Part shown: positions 20,136 through 29,913 of the stretch, piece after piece
How positions within the stretch are numbered: position 1 is the first letter of the stretch
Layout of the letters: each line of letters begins with the position of its first letter
Assembly: GCA_963711835.1 (NCBI GenBank)
Contig: CAVQFQ010000017.1
Coordinates: forward strand, 672,001-736,000
Reading direction: 5' to 3'
From: an uncultured delta proteobacterium
GTDB lineage: Bacteria; Desulfobacterota; RBG-13-43-22
Length of the DNA stretch: 64,000 nt
Position numbers and translations under genes: made by a program
The notes under the pieces: model-generated
Told to the model about the DNA's origin: nothing
The model's input: only the letters and a program-made list of their open reading frames with translations
Database searches by the model: none

Positions 20136-21001
20136 CCTTGTTCGATTTCACCGGAAACCGCTCTCTGGAAAGCCAGTGGATGAAAATGATCCTTATTTCT
20201 CTGGGCCTGCATACCCTCCTCCTGGCCTTCTTCCTGAATATTTTCCCCCAGTCCGGGACGGCCCGCAGGTTGGAACCGGCCTATATCGTCAATCTGGTGA
20301 CTGCCCCTGGGGGGGGGCTGCCTGAAGAAGGAATTCCGTCCCAGGAAAAGGCGCCAGCCCCTTTGCCCAAAGCCGAATCCCAACCCCTTCCCAAAGCAGA
20401 GCCCTCTTTGCCGAAAGCCGTTCCCCGTATCCTGCCTAAATTGAAAGAAAAAGAAGAAGATTCCCGAAGCCTGGATCAGGCACTGGAACACCTCAAGAAA
20501 AAGGTCCAGGAGCAGAAGTCCCTGGATACCAGGCTATCCAAGTTGGAAGACAAAGTAAAAAATGAAGAGGCCCTGCAACAGGCCCTGGCCCAGCTGGAAA
20601 GGAAAAAGCAGGCCGGCTCCGCAAGCGCCAGGCCCGCGACCGGAACGGCCGGCACCGGCAGCGGTTTCATTTCTTCGGGTACGGCCGGGAATCCGGACGG
20701 ACTGGGGATCCAGTTCCAGCTTTATCATGCCGCCCTCCGGGGGCGGATTAAGCGAAACTGGGTCCTGCCCGAAGGGTTATTGAAGGGGAACGATATTTCA
20801 GCGGAAATCATGGTCCGGATAGGCCGAAATGGCCGGATCGAAGACACCCACTTTGAACGAAAATCAGGGGTGGAAGGATTTGACCAGGAGGTCATCCGCA
20901 CCCTGAAAAAATCGGATCCCCTTCCGCCTGTACCGGAAGGCTATCCCAGGGGCAGTTACGAGATTATTTTAACTTTTCACTCTAAAGATCTCTCTAATTA
21001 G
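20132..21001 (+). CDS. tolA: TolA/TonB-family protein
   Basis: SLGLH TM anchor, Pro-rich and coiled linker, C-terminal TonB-like domain; between tolR and tolB. Confidence 0.8.
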   Translation: MTLFDFTGNRSLESQWMKMILISLGLHTLLLAFFLNIFPQSGTARRLEPAYIVNLVTAPGGGLPEEGIPSQEKAPAPLPKAESQPLPKAEPSLPKAVPRILPKLKEKEEDSRSLDQALEHLKKKVQEQKSLDTRLSKLEDKVKNEEALQQALAQLERKKQAGSASARPATGTAGTGSGFISSGTAGNPDGLGIQFQLYHAALRGRIKRNWVLPEGLLKGNDISAEIMVRIGRNGRIEDTHFERKSGVEGFDQEVIRTLKKSDPLPPVPEGYPRGSYEIILTFHSKDLSN

Positions 21002-21241
21002 TGTTTGGAACTACAGTTTCGTATAAATAGTAAAACCACCAATATAAATCGCTGAATTTTGCACTCGGAGAACCAATAAATGTCTTTTAAGAGTTTAAAA
21101 TTCTGGAATAGCCCATTGGTCAGGAATAAAACGAGAAATACTCCTGAACAGGGACTCAGGAAACGGCCCGGGATAGAACACGTCTTCCGGCTCCAGCTAT
21201 TCGAATTTAAAAACTTTTTCAAATAATTGGCTTTGGGAATA

Positions 21242-22549
21242 ATGAAGAAACCGTTTATCCTCTTAATTGCTCTGGTCGTCAGCAGCCTGGTTTTATTGGC
21301 CTCCCCTTTTCCTCTTTCCGGTCGCGTTTACCTGGACATCGATTCCCCCCATGTCAAAAGACTGCCTATCGTGATTCCGGATCTCAAAAACAAAGGCACC
21401 CTGGAACCCAGCCTGGGAGCGCAGATGGCCGTTCTGTTAGGTAAGGACCTGGACTTTACCGGTTATTTTCAGCTCATCGATTCCAGGGGGTTCCTGGGGC
21501 GCCCCGAAGAACAGGAGGTGGTCGATTTTAAGGCCTGGTCTCTTACCGGGGCGGATTTGCTGGTCAAAGGGGGGTATCGCCTTGAGGGGGGACAAGTGCT
21601 ATTGGAGCTGCGCTTATACGATCTGCTGCAAGGACGGCAATTGCTGGGAAAGGAATATACCACCTCCCTGAGGGATTATAAAAAAGCCATTCACCGTTTT
21701 GCCGATGAAATTCTTTTTCTCCTGACCGGAGAACACGGCCTGTTCCAGACCCGAATCGCCTTTATCTCCACCGGATCAGGCCGAAAGGAAATTTATTCGG
21801 CTGATTTTGACGGCAGTAATTTCCAGCGACTGACCCAGCACAATTCCATTAGCCTCTCCCCGCGCTGGTCCCCCCGGGGCAATGAGATTGCCTATACCTC
21901 CTACAAGGATGGGACGCCGGCCTTGTACCTCCTGCACCTGCCGGACTTGCAATCCAGCCGAATATCCAACCGGCCGGGGGTGAATATAACACCGGCCTGG
22001 TATCCGGATGGCGAATCTTTGGCGCTGGCCTTGAATCATAACGGTAATTCCGAAATCTATCAGATCAGCCGAAGCGGGACGACTGTGCAGCGGCTGACAC
22101 AAAGCTGGGGGATTGATGTCTCTCCGGCCTGGTCCCCGGATGGAAAGTATCTGGCCTTTGTATCCAATCGTTCCGGGAATCCTCATATTTACATCCTGAC
22201 GGTGGGGACTAAGGAGGTCAGGAGACTCACCTTTCAAGGGAATTACAACGTGACTCCGGTCTGGTCTCCTAAAGGAAACTGGATTGCCTATGCCGGTAAG
22301 GCAGGAGGCAACTTCCAGATTTTTGTGATTCCGCCCTCGGGAGGAGAGGCTCAACAAGTGACCTCCTCGGGCAACAATGAGTCTCCTGATTTTTCGCCGG
22401 ACGGCCGGATGATCCTTTTTAGTTCCAACCGCCAGGGCAAGTTGGCCATCTATGTCATGAATGCCAATGGGACCAACCAGCGCCGGCTCACTTTTATGAA
22501 TGGGGAACAGTCGAGCCCTTCCTGGTGTCCCAAAAAGTTTGATGACTAA
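21242..22549 (+). CDS. tolB: Tol-Pal beta-propeller protein TolB
   Basis: Signal peptide, TRIAF, repeated P(x)WSPDG blades. Confidence 0.93.
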   Translation: MKKPFILLIALVVSSLVLLASPFPLSGRVYLDIDSPHVKRLPIVIPDLKNKGTLEPSLGAQMAVLLGKDLDFTGYFQLIDSRGFLGRPEEQEVVDFKAWSLTGADLLVKGGYRLEGGQVLLELRLYDLLQGRQLLGKEYTTSLRDYKKAIHRFADEILFLLTGEHGLFQTRIAFISTGSGRKEIYSADFDGSNFQRLTQHNSISLSPRWSPRGNEIAYTSYKDGTPALYLLHLPDLQSSRISNRPGVNITPAWYPDGESLALALNHNGNSEIYQISRSGTTVQRLTQSWGIDVSPAWSPDGKYLAFVSNRSGNPHIYILTVGTKEVRRLTFQGNYNVTPVWSPKGNWIAYAGKAGGNFQIFVIPPSGGEAQQVTSSGNNESPDFSPDGRMILFSSNRQGKLAIYVMNANGTNQRRLTFMNGEQSSPSWCPKKFDD

Positions 22550-22707
22550 CCGGGGAAGGATTGGGGCCGGTCCTCCAGGGATGAGGGCGCTCTAAAACGT
22601 GCGGCCAGCTCTAATTCTCAGCCTGTGAGGAAAATTGCAGTGGACAAAACTTTTTTTTGCAGTATTCTTACTTGAATAGAACCCTGATTCAATAAAAGGA
22701 GGAAACG

Positions 22708-23304
22708 ATGCTCAGAGCAAGGCAAACCGGTTTTTGGATCCTAATGGCAGTCCTTTTGATTTCCGGCTTATTTTTATTTTCCTGCGGTAAGAAGGAAATC
22801 AAAAGCGAGGGCGGCATAAGCGCTTCGCCGCCGGTAAGCGACCAGGATGAGGCGGAAAAGGCTAAGAAACGGGCCCGGATCAGGGAACAGGAAACAGCCG
22901 ATCAGGAAATGAGAGAGAGGGCTTTGAAAGAAGAGGAGGCCCGCCGATTAAAATCAGCCGCCGAAAAGGCCCAATTCGAAACCGAAGATGTTTTTTTTGA
23001 GTTTGATCAGTACGTCATCTCCGACAGTGCCAAACAGGTCCTAAATAAAAAGGCCAAGTGGCTGAAAGAATACGCTAATGCCAGGGTGCAGATCGAGGGT
23101 CACTGTGATGAAAGGGGCAGTACCGAATACAATCTGGCTCTGGGGCAACGGAGGGCCGATTCGGCCATGCAGTACCTGGTCTCGCTGGGGATCAGTGCCA
23201 ATCGCCTTTCGACTATCAGCTTCGGCAAAGAAAAGCCCCTGGATTCAGACCATTCCGAGTCGGCCTGGTCCAAGAATCGCCGGGCGCATTTTATCTTAAA
23301 GTAG
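22708..23304 (+). CDS. pal: Peptidoglycan-associated lipoprotein Pal
   Basis: Lipobox LFSC, IEGHCDERGSTEYNLALGQRRA, KNRRA. Confidence 0.95.
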   Translation: MLRARQTGFWILMAVLLISGLFLFSCGKKEIKSEGGISASPPVSDQDEAEKAKKRARIREQETADQEMRERALKEEEARRLKSAAEKAQFETEDVFFEFDQYVISDSAKQVLNKKAKWLKEYANARVQIEGHCDERGSTEYNLALGQRRADSAMQYLVSLGISANRLSTISFGKEKPLDSDHSESAWSKNRRAHFILK

Positions 23305-23397
23305 ACCGTTTCAAGGGCGCCATCCCGGCCTGCCTGGCCGGGTTGGCCGCAAAATTCCTGCCCCCAAGTTTTACAATAGAATCCAGGAGGTTATAAG

Positions 23398-24273
23398 GTG
23401 AAAATCGGGAAATGGCTTATGCTACCAGGCCTATTAATTATCTTTGCCGGCTGTGCCACCCGGGATGATGCCATTATCCTGGATCGGAGAACGACTTCGC
23501 TGGAACGTAATCACTATCAGTTGCGGGATTCCACCGAAGATTTGAAGGTTGGACTATCCAGACGGATAGACCAGGTCGAGAAAAAACTGGAAGCCGCCGT
23601 GGAACCGGTACAACAAAATCAAGCCAACACCACGGCCCAGATGGAGACTTTAAAGACACGGATTCAAGAACTCCAAGGCCGTTTGGAAACCGCGGAGCAC
23701 TCACAGAAAAAGGAACAGGTCCGGCTTTCCGAATCCCTGGCCAAGGACCTGAAGGACATTCAGGCCCGTCTGCAGCGCCTGGAACAGCCGCCGACTCCTC
23801 CTGCGGAGGCGGCCGTTAAGGTGGAAAAAACCAAAGAGCCGGTGAAGGAAGCCAAAGAGGAACCCAAGGAGGAAAAAGAACCCGCCAAAGAAAAGGCCAA
23901 GACCACCCCCGAAGACCTGTACGAGGAGGCCAAGGCCCTTTCTAAAAAAGGGGCTTTTGACGGCGCTAAAAAGAAATACGAAGACTATTTAAAGGCGGCT
24001 CCCAAGGGGAAATACGTCGAGGAAGCCCGGATCGGCCTGGCCGAAGCCCTTTATCAAAAGAAAGAGTACGAAGAAGCGATTTTGGCCTACCAAAAACTGA
24101 TTAAGTCCTTTCCCAAGAGCAGGCATGTTCCCGAATCGCTTTACAAACAGGCCTTATCTTTCAGCCAGCTTAAGGATACCAGCAGCGCCCGGCTTTTATT
24201 GGAAAAAGTTATTAAGGAATTTCCCAAATCCAACCAAGCCAAACTGGCTCAAAAAAAATTAAAATCCCTGTAA
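23398..24273 (+). CDS. cpoB: CpoB/YbgF TPR protein
   Basis: Lipobox FAGC, coiled coil, C-terminal TPRs; follows pal. Confidence 0.8.
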   Translation: MKIGKWLMLPGLLIIFAGCATRDDAIILDRRTTSLERNHYQLRDSTEDLKVGLSRRIDQVEKKLEAAVEPVQQNQANTTAQMETLKTRIQELQGRLETAEHSQKKEQVRLSESLAKDLKDIQARLQRLEQPPTPPAEAAVKVEKTKEPVKEAKEEPKEEKEPAKEKAKTTPEDLYEEAKALSKKGAFDGAKKKYEDYLKAAPKGKYVEEARIGLAEALYQKKEYEEAILAYQKLIKSFPKSRHVPESLYKQALSFSQLKDTSSARLLLEKVIKEFPKSNQAKLAQKKLKSL

Positions 24274-24332
24274 GCCGGCTGCTGGTCGGGAAGCAAAATG
24301 CGCTGGCCTTTTCAGGGAATCCCTAACACCCC

Positions 24333-25115
24333 TTAAGAGACACCGGGACCTGGATTCGGCCGTTCTGCTGTTTTAGTCAGGACAAGCAAGGCCCTTTCCA
24401 GGTTAAAGACGGGAAGGGAATAAACCAGCGGTTTTTCTATCCGGAAACCGTTCTTCTCCGTCCAACCCTTAAGAATCGCCAGTTCCGCCTTCCAATTTTT
24501 CCCCTTCATCAGAAGCAGTCTTCCGCCTAAAGGTAAAACCCCCTGAACGGCCGGGAGGAGTTTGTCCTCTTGGCCGACGGCCCGGGTGATGACCAGGTCG
24601 AAGGGTGCCCCTATTAACCGGGGGAGAAGACCTTTTCTCAGAAAGGCCTGTTGGGCCTTTATTCCCTCCAGTCCCAAAGACCGGATGACTTCTTTTAGAA
24701 AACTTATTTTTTTTGAAGAAGCCTCCAGGAGCCTGATAGTCAGGCCGGGGCGGGCAATTTTTAAAGGCAGGCCGGGAATTCCGGCCCCCGAACCCAAATC
24801 CAAGAGATGACCTTGGGGAGGCAAATACGGCAGGGGTGATAAGGAATCCAGAAAAAGTTTGACGAGGATATCCGAGGCCTTTCGCAGCCCGGTTAAATTC
24901 ATTTTTTGATTCCACTTCATTAACAACTGTAAATAGTGCTGGAACTGTTCCTCCTGCTCCAACGACCAAGAAACGCCCCAGGTTTCAACCCCCTGCTTTA
25001 TTAACCGCCGACCTTCTTCGGGGGACAGATCCCAGAGGATCTCCCCTTTCCCCGGCTTATCCGGAGAAGGGTCGGGGGACAGCCGGGGGATCTTCAACCG
25101 GCCGGAGTCCATCAT
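24333..25115 (-). CDS. rsmG: 16S rRNA m7G527 methyltransferase
   Basis: WNQKMNLT, LDLGSGAGIPGLPL, LEASSKKISFL, TRAV. Confidence 0.92.
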   Translation of the reverse strand: MMDSGRLKIPRLSPDPSPDKPGKGEILWDLSPEEGRRLIKQGVETWGVSWSLEQEEQFQHYLQLLMKWNQKMNLTGLRKASDILVKLFLDSLSPLPYLPPQGHLLDLGSGAGIPGLPLKIARPGLTIRLLEASSKKISFLKEVIRSLGLEGIKAQQAFLRKGLLPRLIGAPFDLVITRAVGQEDKLLPAVQGVLPLGGRLLLMKGKNWKAELAILKGWTEKNGFRIEKPLVYSLPVFNLERALLVLTKTAERPNPGPGVS

Positions 25116-26494
25116 TTCCCGATACAAAAATCACTGAAGATTTTTTTTAAGACATCGTCGGCCGTTGTTGCTCCGATCAAGGTTCCCAAGGCCTCCAAGG
25201 CCTGCTGCAGGTCCAGGGCGATGAATTCCGGGGAAAGACCTTGGGCGTTGGCCCGGTAGGCCCGTCTTAACGATTCCAACATCTGTTCGGCGATCCTCTT
25301 TTGCCTTAAGGTGGGAATGAGTTCAGGCAACGACTCGGGAGGGCTGGTTTGCAGAAAGAACCCCGACAATTTTTCTTTAAGCATCTCGATTCCTTCTTCG
25401 GAAAGAGCCGAGATGGAGAGGATCTCCGGGCCGGGGAAAAAATTCTTTACTTCTTTAAGGGTGATGGCCGGCGGCAAATCCTTTTTATTGGCCAGGATCA
25501 AAACCGGTTTTTCCTGGATCTCCTCAAAAATCTCCCGATCTTCCGGACCTAAGACAGCCGAGGCGTCCACCATAAAAAGGACCAGATCCCCTTCTTCCAC
25601 TTTTTGTCGGGTGCGCCGAATTCCAGCTTCCTCCACCTCATCCCGAGCCCGGCGGATTCCGGCGGTATCGATCAGCCGGAAAGGGAGGCCCTTCAAGAGG
25701 AACGTTTCTTCAATCGTGTCCCGGGTGGTGCCCGGAACCGAAGTGACGATGGCCCGCTCTTCTCTTAAGAGCCGGTTCAACAGGCTTGATTTTCCAACAT
25801 TAGGTTTACCGACAATGACCAGGGAAAGCCCTTCGCGAAAGAGGCGGCCTTCTTCATAGGCCTTTACCAAATCACCCAGGGGGTTCAAGACCTTTTCCTG
25901 GAGTTGCCGGTTCCATTCCGTTCGATTAAAAATCTCGATTTCTTCTTCCGGAAAATCGATGGCCGCCTCCAGGTGAGCCAAAAGAGAGAGTAGTTCTTCC
26001 TGGAGACTTTTTAATCCGGTCCCTAGCGCGCCGGCCATTAAGGCGTTGGCTTGGATGAGGGCCTGGTCCGTTTTGGCTCGGAGAAGTTCGATAATCCCCT
26101 CGGCCTGAGTCAGATCAATTCGGCCGTTCATAAAGGCCCGCCAGGTAAATTCACCGGGTTCGGCTAAGCGGGCCCCTTCCTTCAAGACCAGTTCCAGTAT
26201 TTTTTTTAGGACCAGAAGGCCGCTATGGCAGTTGATCTCGACCACATCTTCCCGGGTATAGCTGTGGGGGGCCTTCATGGTGGTCATAAGGACCTGATCG
26301 ATGACCGCTTCTTGGACGGGATCCGTGATTAACCCTAAGGTAAGAAAATGAGAGAGGAGGGGGGCGTTCCGACGGGTCGGCCTAAACAGCTTTCGGGCTA
26401 TGGGAAAAGCCAGAGGCCCGCTGATCCGGATGATTCCGATTCCTCCCAGACCTATCGGCGTGGATATGGCGGCAATCGTATCTGGATGGCTCAT
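25112..26494 (-). CDS. mnmE: tRNA modification GTPase MnmE
   Basis: DTIAAIST, GKPNVGKSS, GTTRD, DTAG, C-terminal FCIGK. Confidence 0.97.
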   Translation of the reverse strand: MSHPDTIAAISTPIGLGGIGIIRISGPLAFPIARKLFRPTRRNAPLLSHFLTLGLITDPVQEAVIDQVLMTTMKAPHSYTREDVVEINCHSGLLVLKKILELVLKEGARLAEPGEFTWRAFMNGRIDLTQAEGIIELLRAKTDQALIQANALMAGALGTGLKSLQEELLSLLAHLEAAIDFPEEEIEIFNRTEWNRQLQEKVLNPLGDLVKAYEEGRLFREGLSLVIVGKPNVGKSSLLNRLLREERAIVTSVPGTTRDTIEETFLLKGLPFRLIDTAGIRRARDEVEEAGIRRTRQKVEEGDLVLFMVDASAVLGPEDREIFEEIQEKPVLILANKKDLPPAITLKEVKNFFPGPEILSISALSEEGIEMLKEKLSGFFLQTSPPESLPELIPTLRQKRIAEQMLESLRRAYRANAQGLSPEFIALDLQQALEALGTLIGATTADDVLKKIFSDFCIGK

Positions 26495-26591
26495 TTCTTT
26501 ATCGGGGACGGCCGGACCCGGCCTACGGCTAGGGGAAAAGATAACGATGGGGAAATCCCCGGGGGTTCCCCTCGCAGGCCGGTTTTGGAAA

Positions 26592-27257
26592 TCAGCTTGA
26601 TTCAGGAACAGGGTCGGCAGGCCGCTCTTTTTTGACCACCGAAATAATCATTTTTTTTAAAAGCCCTTCCCCCCGGCTGATGGTCTTCAGACTTTTATCC
26701 TTTTCCAGGGCCAAATGGATAATCCGGCGGTCGTGGGCATTCAGGGGACTTAGGACCACCGGTTTTCCGGTGGTCTTTGCTTTTTCGGCCACCTTTAAAG
26801 CCAGATCGACCAAATACTCTTCCCGGCGGCTGCGGTAATCCCCGCTGTCTAAGGTCAGTTTGACCTTATCGGAGACTTGTCTTTGTAAGATCCTGGTGAT
26901 GAGGTACTGGAGGGCATCCAGGGTTTGGCCTCTTCGTCCGATCAAAAGGCCGCTCTTTTCTCCTTCAAAGTGAAGATGGACCGTATTTCCATCAGCCTTG
27001 GTCCGGATGACAGCCTCTAAGCCCATCAGGTCAATGATCTCCCGGGTTATTTTTTCAGCCAGGGCCGGAAGATCTACGGTTGGTTCCTTTAAGATTGCCC
27101 GGATTTTTGCTTTTTTTGTGCCGACAATCCCAAAAATTCCGGTGGACCCCGATGAAAGGACTTCTACTTCCAGTCTCTCCCTGGGAACATTTAATTCCGT
27201 ACAGGCAAGTTCGATGGCCTCGTCTATGGTTTTCCCTTCTACTTCAAGCGGTGTCAT
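26592..27257 (-). CDS. jag: Jag/KhpB (EloR) RNA-binding protein
   Basis: EGKTIDEAI (Jag_N), LIGRRGQTLDALQYL (KH), RRIIH (R3H). Confidence 0.92.
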   Translation of the reverse strand: MTPLEVEGKTIDEAIELACTELNVPRERLEVEVLSSGSTGIFGIVGTKKAKIRAILKEPTVDLPALAEKITREIIDLMGLEAVIRTKADGNTVHLHFEGEKSGLLIGRRGQTLDALQYLITRILQRQVSDKVKLTLDSGDYRSRREEYLVDLALKVAEKAKTTGKPVVLSPLNAHDRRIIHLALEKDKSLKTISRGEGLLKKMIISVVKKERPADPVPESS

Positions 27258-27282
27258 AGAGCGCACCTCCACCTCTGCTCAT

Positions 27283-28929
27283 TCAAGTAACATATTTATT
27301 GATGTAATATTGTTGGCCGATAGATAAGACGTTGTTGACCAGCCAGTAAAGGACCAATCCCGAAGCAAAATTAATAAACATGAAGGTGAACACAACCGGC
27401 AAAAAAAGCATAAGTTTGGCCTGAGTCGGGTCACCGGTGGTGGGAGTCATCTTCTGCTGGATAAACATGGAGGCCCCCATGAGCAGGGTCAACACCGGAA
27501 TCCCGTCGCCGACATAAGGAATCGGTACCCCGATCGGCAGGCGGTCCGGCGCCGCCAGGTCATTGATCCAGAGCAAAAAATGAGCCTGCCGCAGTTCAAT
27601 GGCATACCCTAAGAGACTGTACAGGGCGAAGAAAACCGGAATTTGAATAACCATGGGCAGGCAGCCCCCCATGGGGTTGACCTTATAGGTTTTGTAAAGG
27701 GCCATCATCTCCTGATTCATCTTTTCCCGGTTGTCTTTATGTTTTTCCCGGATTTTGGCCATCTTAGGCTGTAGTTTTTGCATGTCCTTCATGGACTTGT
27801 AACTTTTATGGGTCAGGGGCCAGAAGACGATCTTGACTAAAATGGTCAATAGGATGATAGCCCAGCCAAAGTTATGAAGATAATTATTGAAAAATTTCAG
27901 GACCCAAAGCAAGGGCTTGGCCAGAATGTCAAAGAAGCCGAAGTTGACGGCTTGCTCCAATTGCAGATTCAGGGGTTTCAGGATATCAATATCCCGCGGT
28001 CCGAAGTACAGGGCAATCTGGAAGCTTTTATCCGATCCGGCGGACAGGGTGATCGGGGGCAGGATAAAGGCCGTCCTAAGCTGGTCCGGGGCAGGACGGC
28101 TGGTTTTCAGGCTGGCGATCCCCTGGCTGTCCAAGGGAACCAAGGCGCCCATAAAATAGGTATCGGCCAAGGCCCCCCACTCGATTTTTCCCGTCAGGAC
28201 CGTTTCCTTGTCGAACTTGCTAATATTTTTTTCCTCATACTTTCCATTGACGAAGGTCAGTTGACCCTGGAAGGCGGCAGCGGCGGCATCGGTTTTTAGA
28301 AATTTATTTTCAAACAAAAGCGCCAAATTGTCGTCCAAGGGGTGGGAGGTGCCGTTGATGACCTTCAAGGCCAGGCCGATCCGATAGGAATCATAGGTCA
28401 GGGTATAGGTCTTGATCAGCGTTATTCCCTGGGCGGAAACGGAGCGAAAAGTGAGGGTGCCCTGAGGCTGCTGTGGGGTCAATTCCAGGGAGGTCCGATC
28501 GGCCTTATAAATTACCTGGTCTGAGGGGGCTTGGGTTTTCTTGACCCATTCCAGTTGTAAAGGATACGGACCGGTCTCTTGGACCTGGATCATTTCCTTG
28601 AAGGCCTTTTCTCCTAAGCGCTCTTTGTAGGCGGTCAGTTTAAGGCTTTTCAGTGTCCCCCCCTGTTCCGAAAAAAGGGCTTCAAACCACTTGGTTTTGA
28701 CCGGGATGTCTTTCCCTGAGAGACGAGGCTTCGCGTCCTGAACCTGCTGTTTCTCAGGATCGGCAGGAGCGGCTAAGGGAGGTGAAGGCGAGATTTCCTT
28801 TTTTCCCGGACTGGGTTGGGCGGCCTTCGTCCCCGGCTGTGGGACCGGTTCCTGGGGTGCCATGAAAAGGAAATAGAGGGCAAATACGGCGATAGAAAGC
28901 ACAAAGGCCAAAATAACATTTTTATCCAT
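27283..28929 (-). CDS. yidC: Membrane protein insertase YidC
   Basis: NFGWAIILLT, NPMGGCLP, GLVLYWLVNN. Confidence 0.96.
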   Translation of the reverse strand: MDKNVILAFVLSIAVFALYFLFMAPQEPVPQPGTKAAQPSPGKKEISPSPPLAAPADPEKQQVQDAKPRLSGKDIPVKTKWFEALFSEQGGTLKSLKLTAYKERLGEKAFKEMIQVQETGPYPLQLEWVKKTQAPSDQVIYKADRTSLELTPQQPQGTLTFRSVSAQGITLIKTYTLTYDSYRIGLALKVINGTSHPLDDNLALLFENKFLKTDAAAAAFQGQLTFVNGKYEEKNISKFDKETVLTGKIEWGALADTYFMGALVPLDSQGIASLKTSRPAPDQLRTAFILPPITLSAGSDKSFQIALYFGPRDIDILKPLNLQLEQAVNFGFFDILAKPLLWVLKFFNNYLHNFGWAIILLTILVKIVFWPLTHKSYKSMKDMQKLQPKMAKIREKHKDNREKMNQEMMALYKTYKVNPMGGCLPMVIQIPVFFALYSLLGYAIELRQAHFLLWINDLAAPDRLPIGVPIPYVGDGIPVLTLLMGASMFIQQKMTPTTGDPTQAKLMLFLPVVFTFMFINFASGLVLYWLVNNVLSIGQQYYINKYVT

Positions 28930-28960
28930 AGTTACTCCAACCACCTTCCAAGATGGGACA

Positions 28961-29194
28961 TTAAGGTAACGGGTCGAATCCCCCGGGAGAAAAAGGATGG
29001 CATTTCCCGATCCTTTTCAGGAAAAGGACCACGCCTTTAAACACCCCATAGGTTTGAATGGCCTGGAAGGTATACTCGGAACAGGTGGGATAGTACCGGC
29101 AGGCGGATGGAAAAAAAGGGGAAATAAACCGTTGATACCCCCGTATCGCCATCAATAAAAATCCCCGGATTATCCGGGCCATAGAGCCCATCAT
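28961..29194 (-). CDS. yidD: Membrane protein insertion efficiency factor
   Basis: [25 protein letters not shown]. Confidence 0.93.
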   Translation of the reverse strand: MMGSMARIIRGFLLMAIRGYQRFISPFFPSACRYYPTCSEYTFQAIQTYGVFKGVVLFLKRIGKCHPFSPGGFDPLP

Positions 29195-29523
29195 ACTAAG
29201 AGGGGGGCTAACTCTTCGGCCACCTGATGATATGTTAATGAGTTCGCTCCTCTTAAGACAATAATGATAATATCCCGGGAAGGGGGAAGTCGGTTTTTTG
29301 ACCTTCGAAAGAATTCTCTTAAGATGCGTTTTATCCGGTTCCGTTGAACGGCTATCCCTTTATCTTTTCCGACGGTCAGTCCCAAGCGTGTTATCCCCAG
29401 GTTGTTTGGTTTAAGAACTACCAAAAAATGGGGGAAGACCCTTTTCCTGTCCTCCGGTAATCTGCGGATGAAATCCTTCCGGTGAAGAATTCTTTCTGCT
29501 TTGGATAGGGAAAAGGCCTTCAT
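29191..29523 (-). CDS. rnpA: Ribonuclease P protein component
   Basis: [19 protein letters not shown]; between rpmH and yidD. Confidence 0.92.
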   Translation of the reverse strand: MKAFSLSKAERILHRKDFIRRLPEDRKRVFPHFLVVLKPNNLGITRLGLTVGKDKGIAVQRNRIKRILREFFRRSKNRLPPSRDIIIIVLRGANSLTYHQVAEELAPLLV

Positions 29524-29554
29524 TCGAACAAGGAGCAGGAGAAGTCCTCGGGTC

Positions 29555-29689
29555 TTAGACGGAAAGTCTTTTTCTCCCTTTGGCCCGCCTTCGTTTAATC
29601 ACATTCCGTCCGGCGGCGGTACTCATCCGGCTTAAAAAGCCATGGGTCCGAGCCCGTTTCAAGTTGCTGGGTTGAAAGGTTCTCTTCAT
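29555..29689 (-). CDS. rpmH: 50S ribosomal protein L34 (below ORF-track cutoff)
   Basis: Manual translation [44 protein letters not shown]. Confidence 0.97.
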   Translation of the reverse strand: MKRTFQPSNLKRARTHGFLSRMSTAAGRNVIKRRRAKGRKRLSV

Positions 29690-29844
29690 AAGTATTGAAT
29701 CCCTTTAATAAAGAATAAACGTAATTTAAACCATAGGGTGAAGATCATGTCAAGAACTATTTATAGATTTATTTAATTGGGGCTATCCACTCCAGAGGGC
29801 AGAGCGGGAATTAAATCAGGAGGGGGTGAAGGGAGGGGCCGGTG

Positions 29845-29880
29845 AAAAAAGAGGGAACGGGGACAGGCCCCGTTCCCTCT
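29845..29880 (-). terminator. Intrinsic terminator of hppA
   Basis: AGAGGGAACGGGG/CCCCGTTCCCTCT stem followed by a U-tract on the minus strand. Confidence 0.8.
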
Positions 29881-29913
29881 AGCTATAGAATCAATTGGAT
29901 TTGGACCTGAAAA

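Noticed and set aside
29700-29810. oriC upstream of rpmH
   Set aside because: AT-rich but only one degenerate DnaA-box-like word and no dnaA; more simply the rpmH promoter
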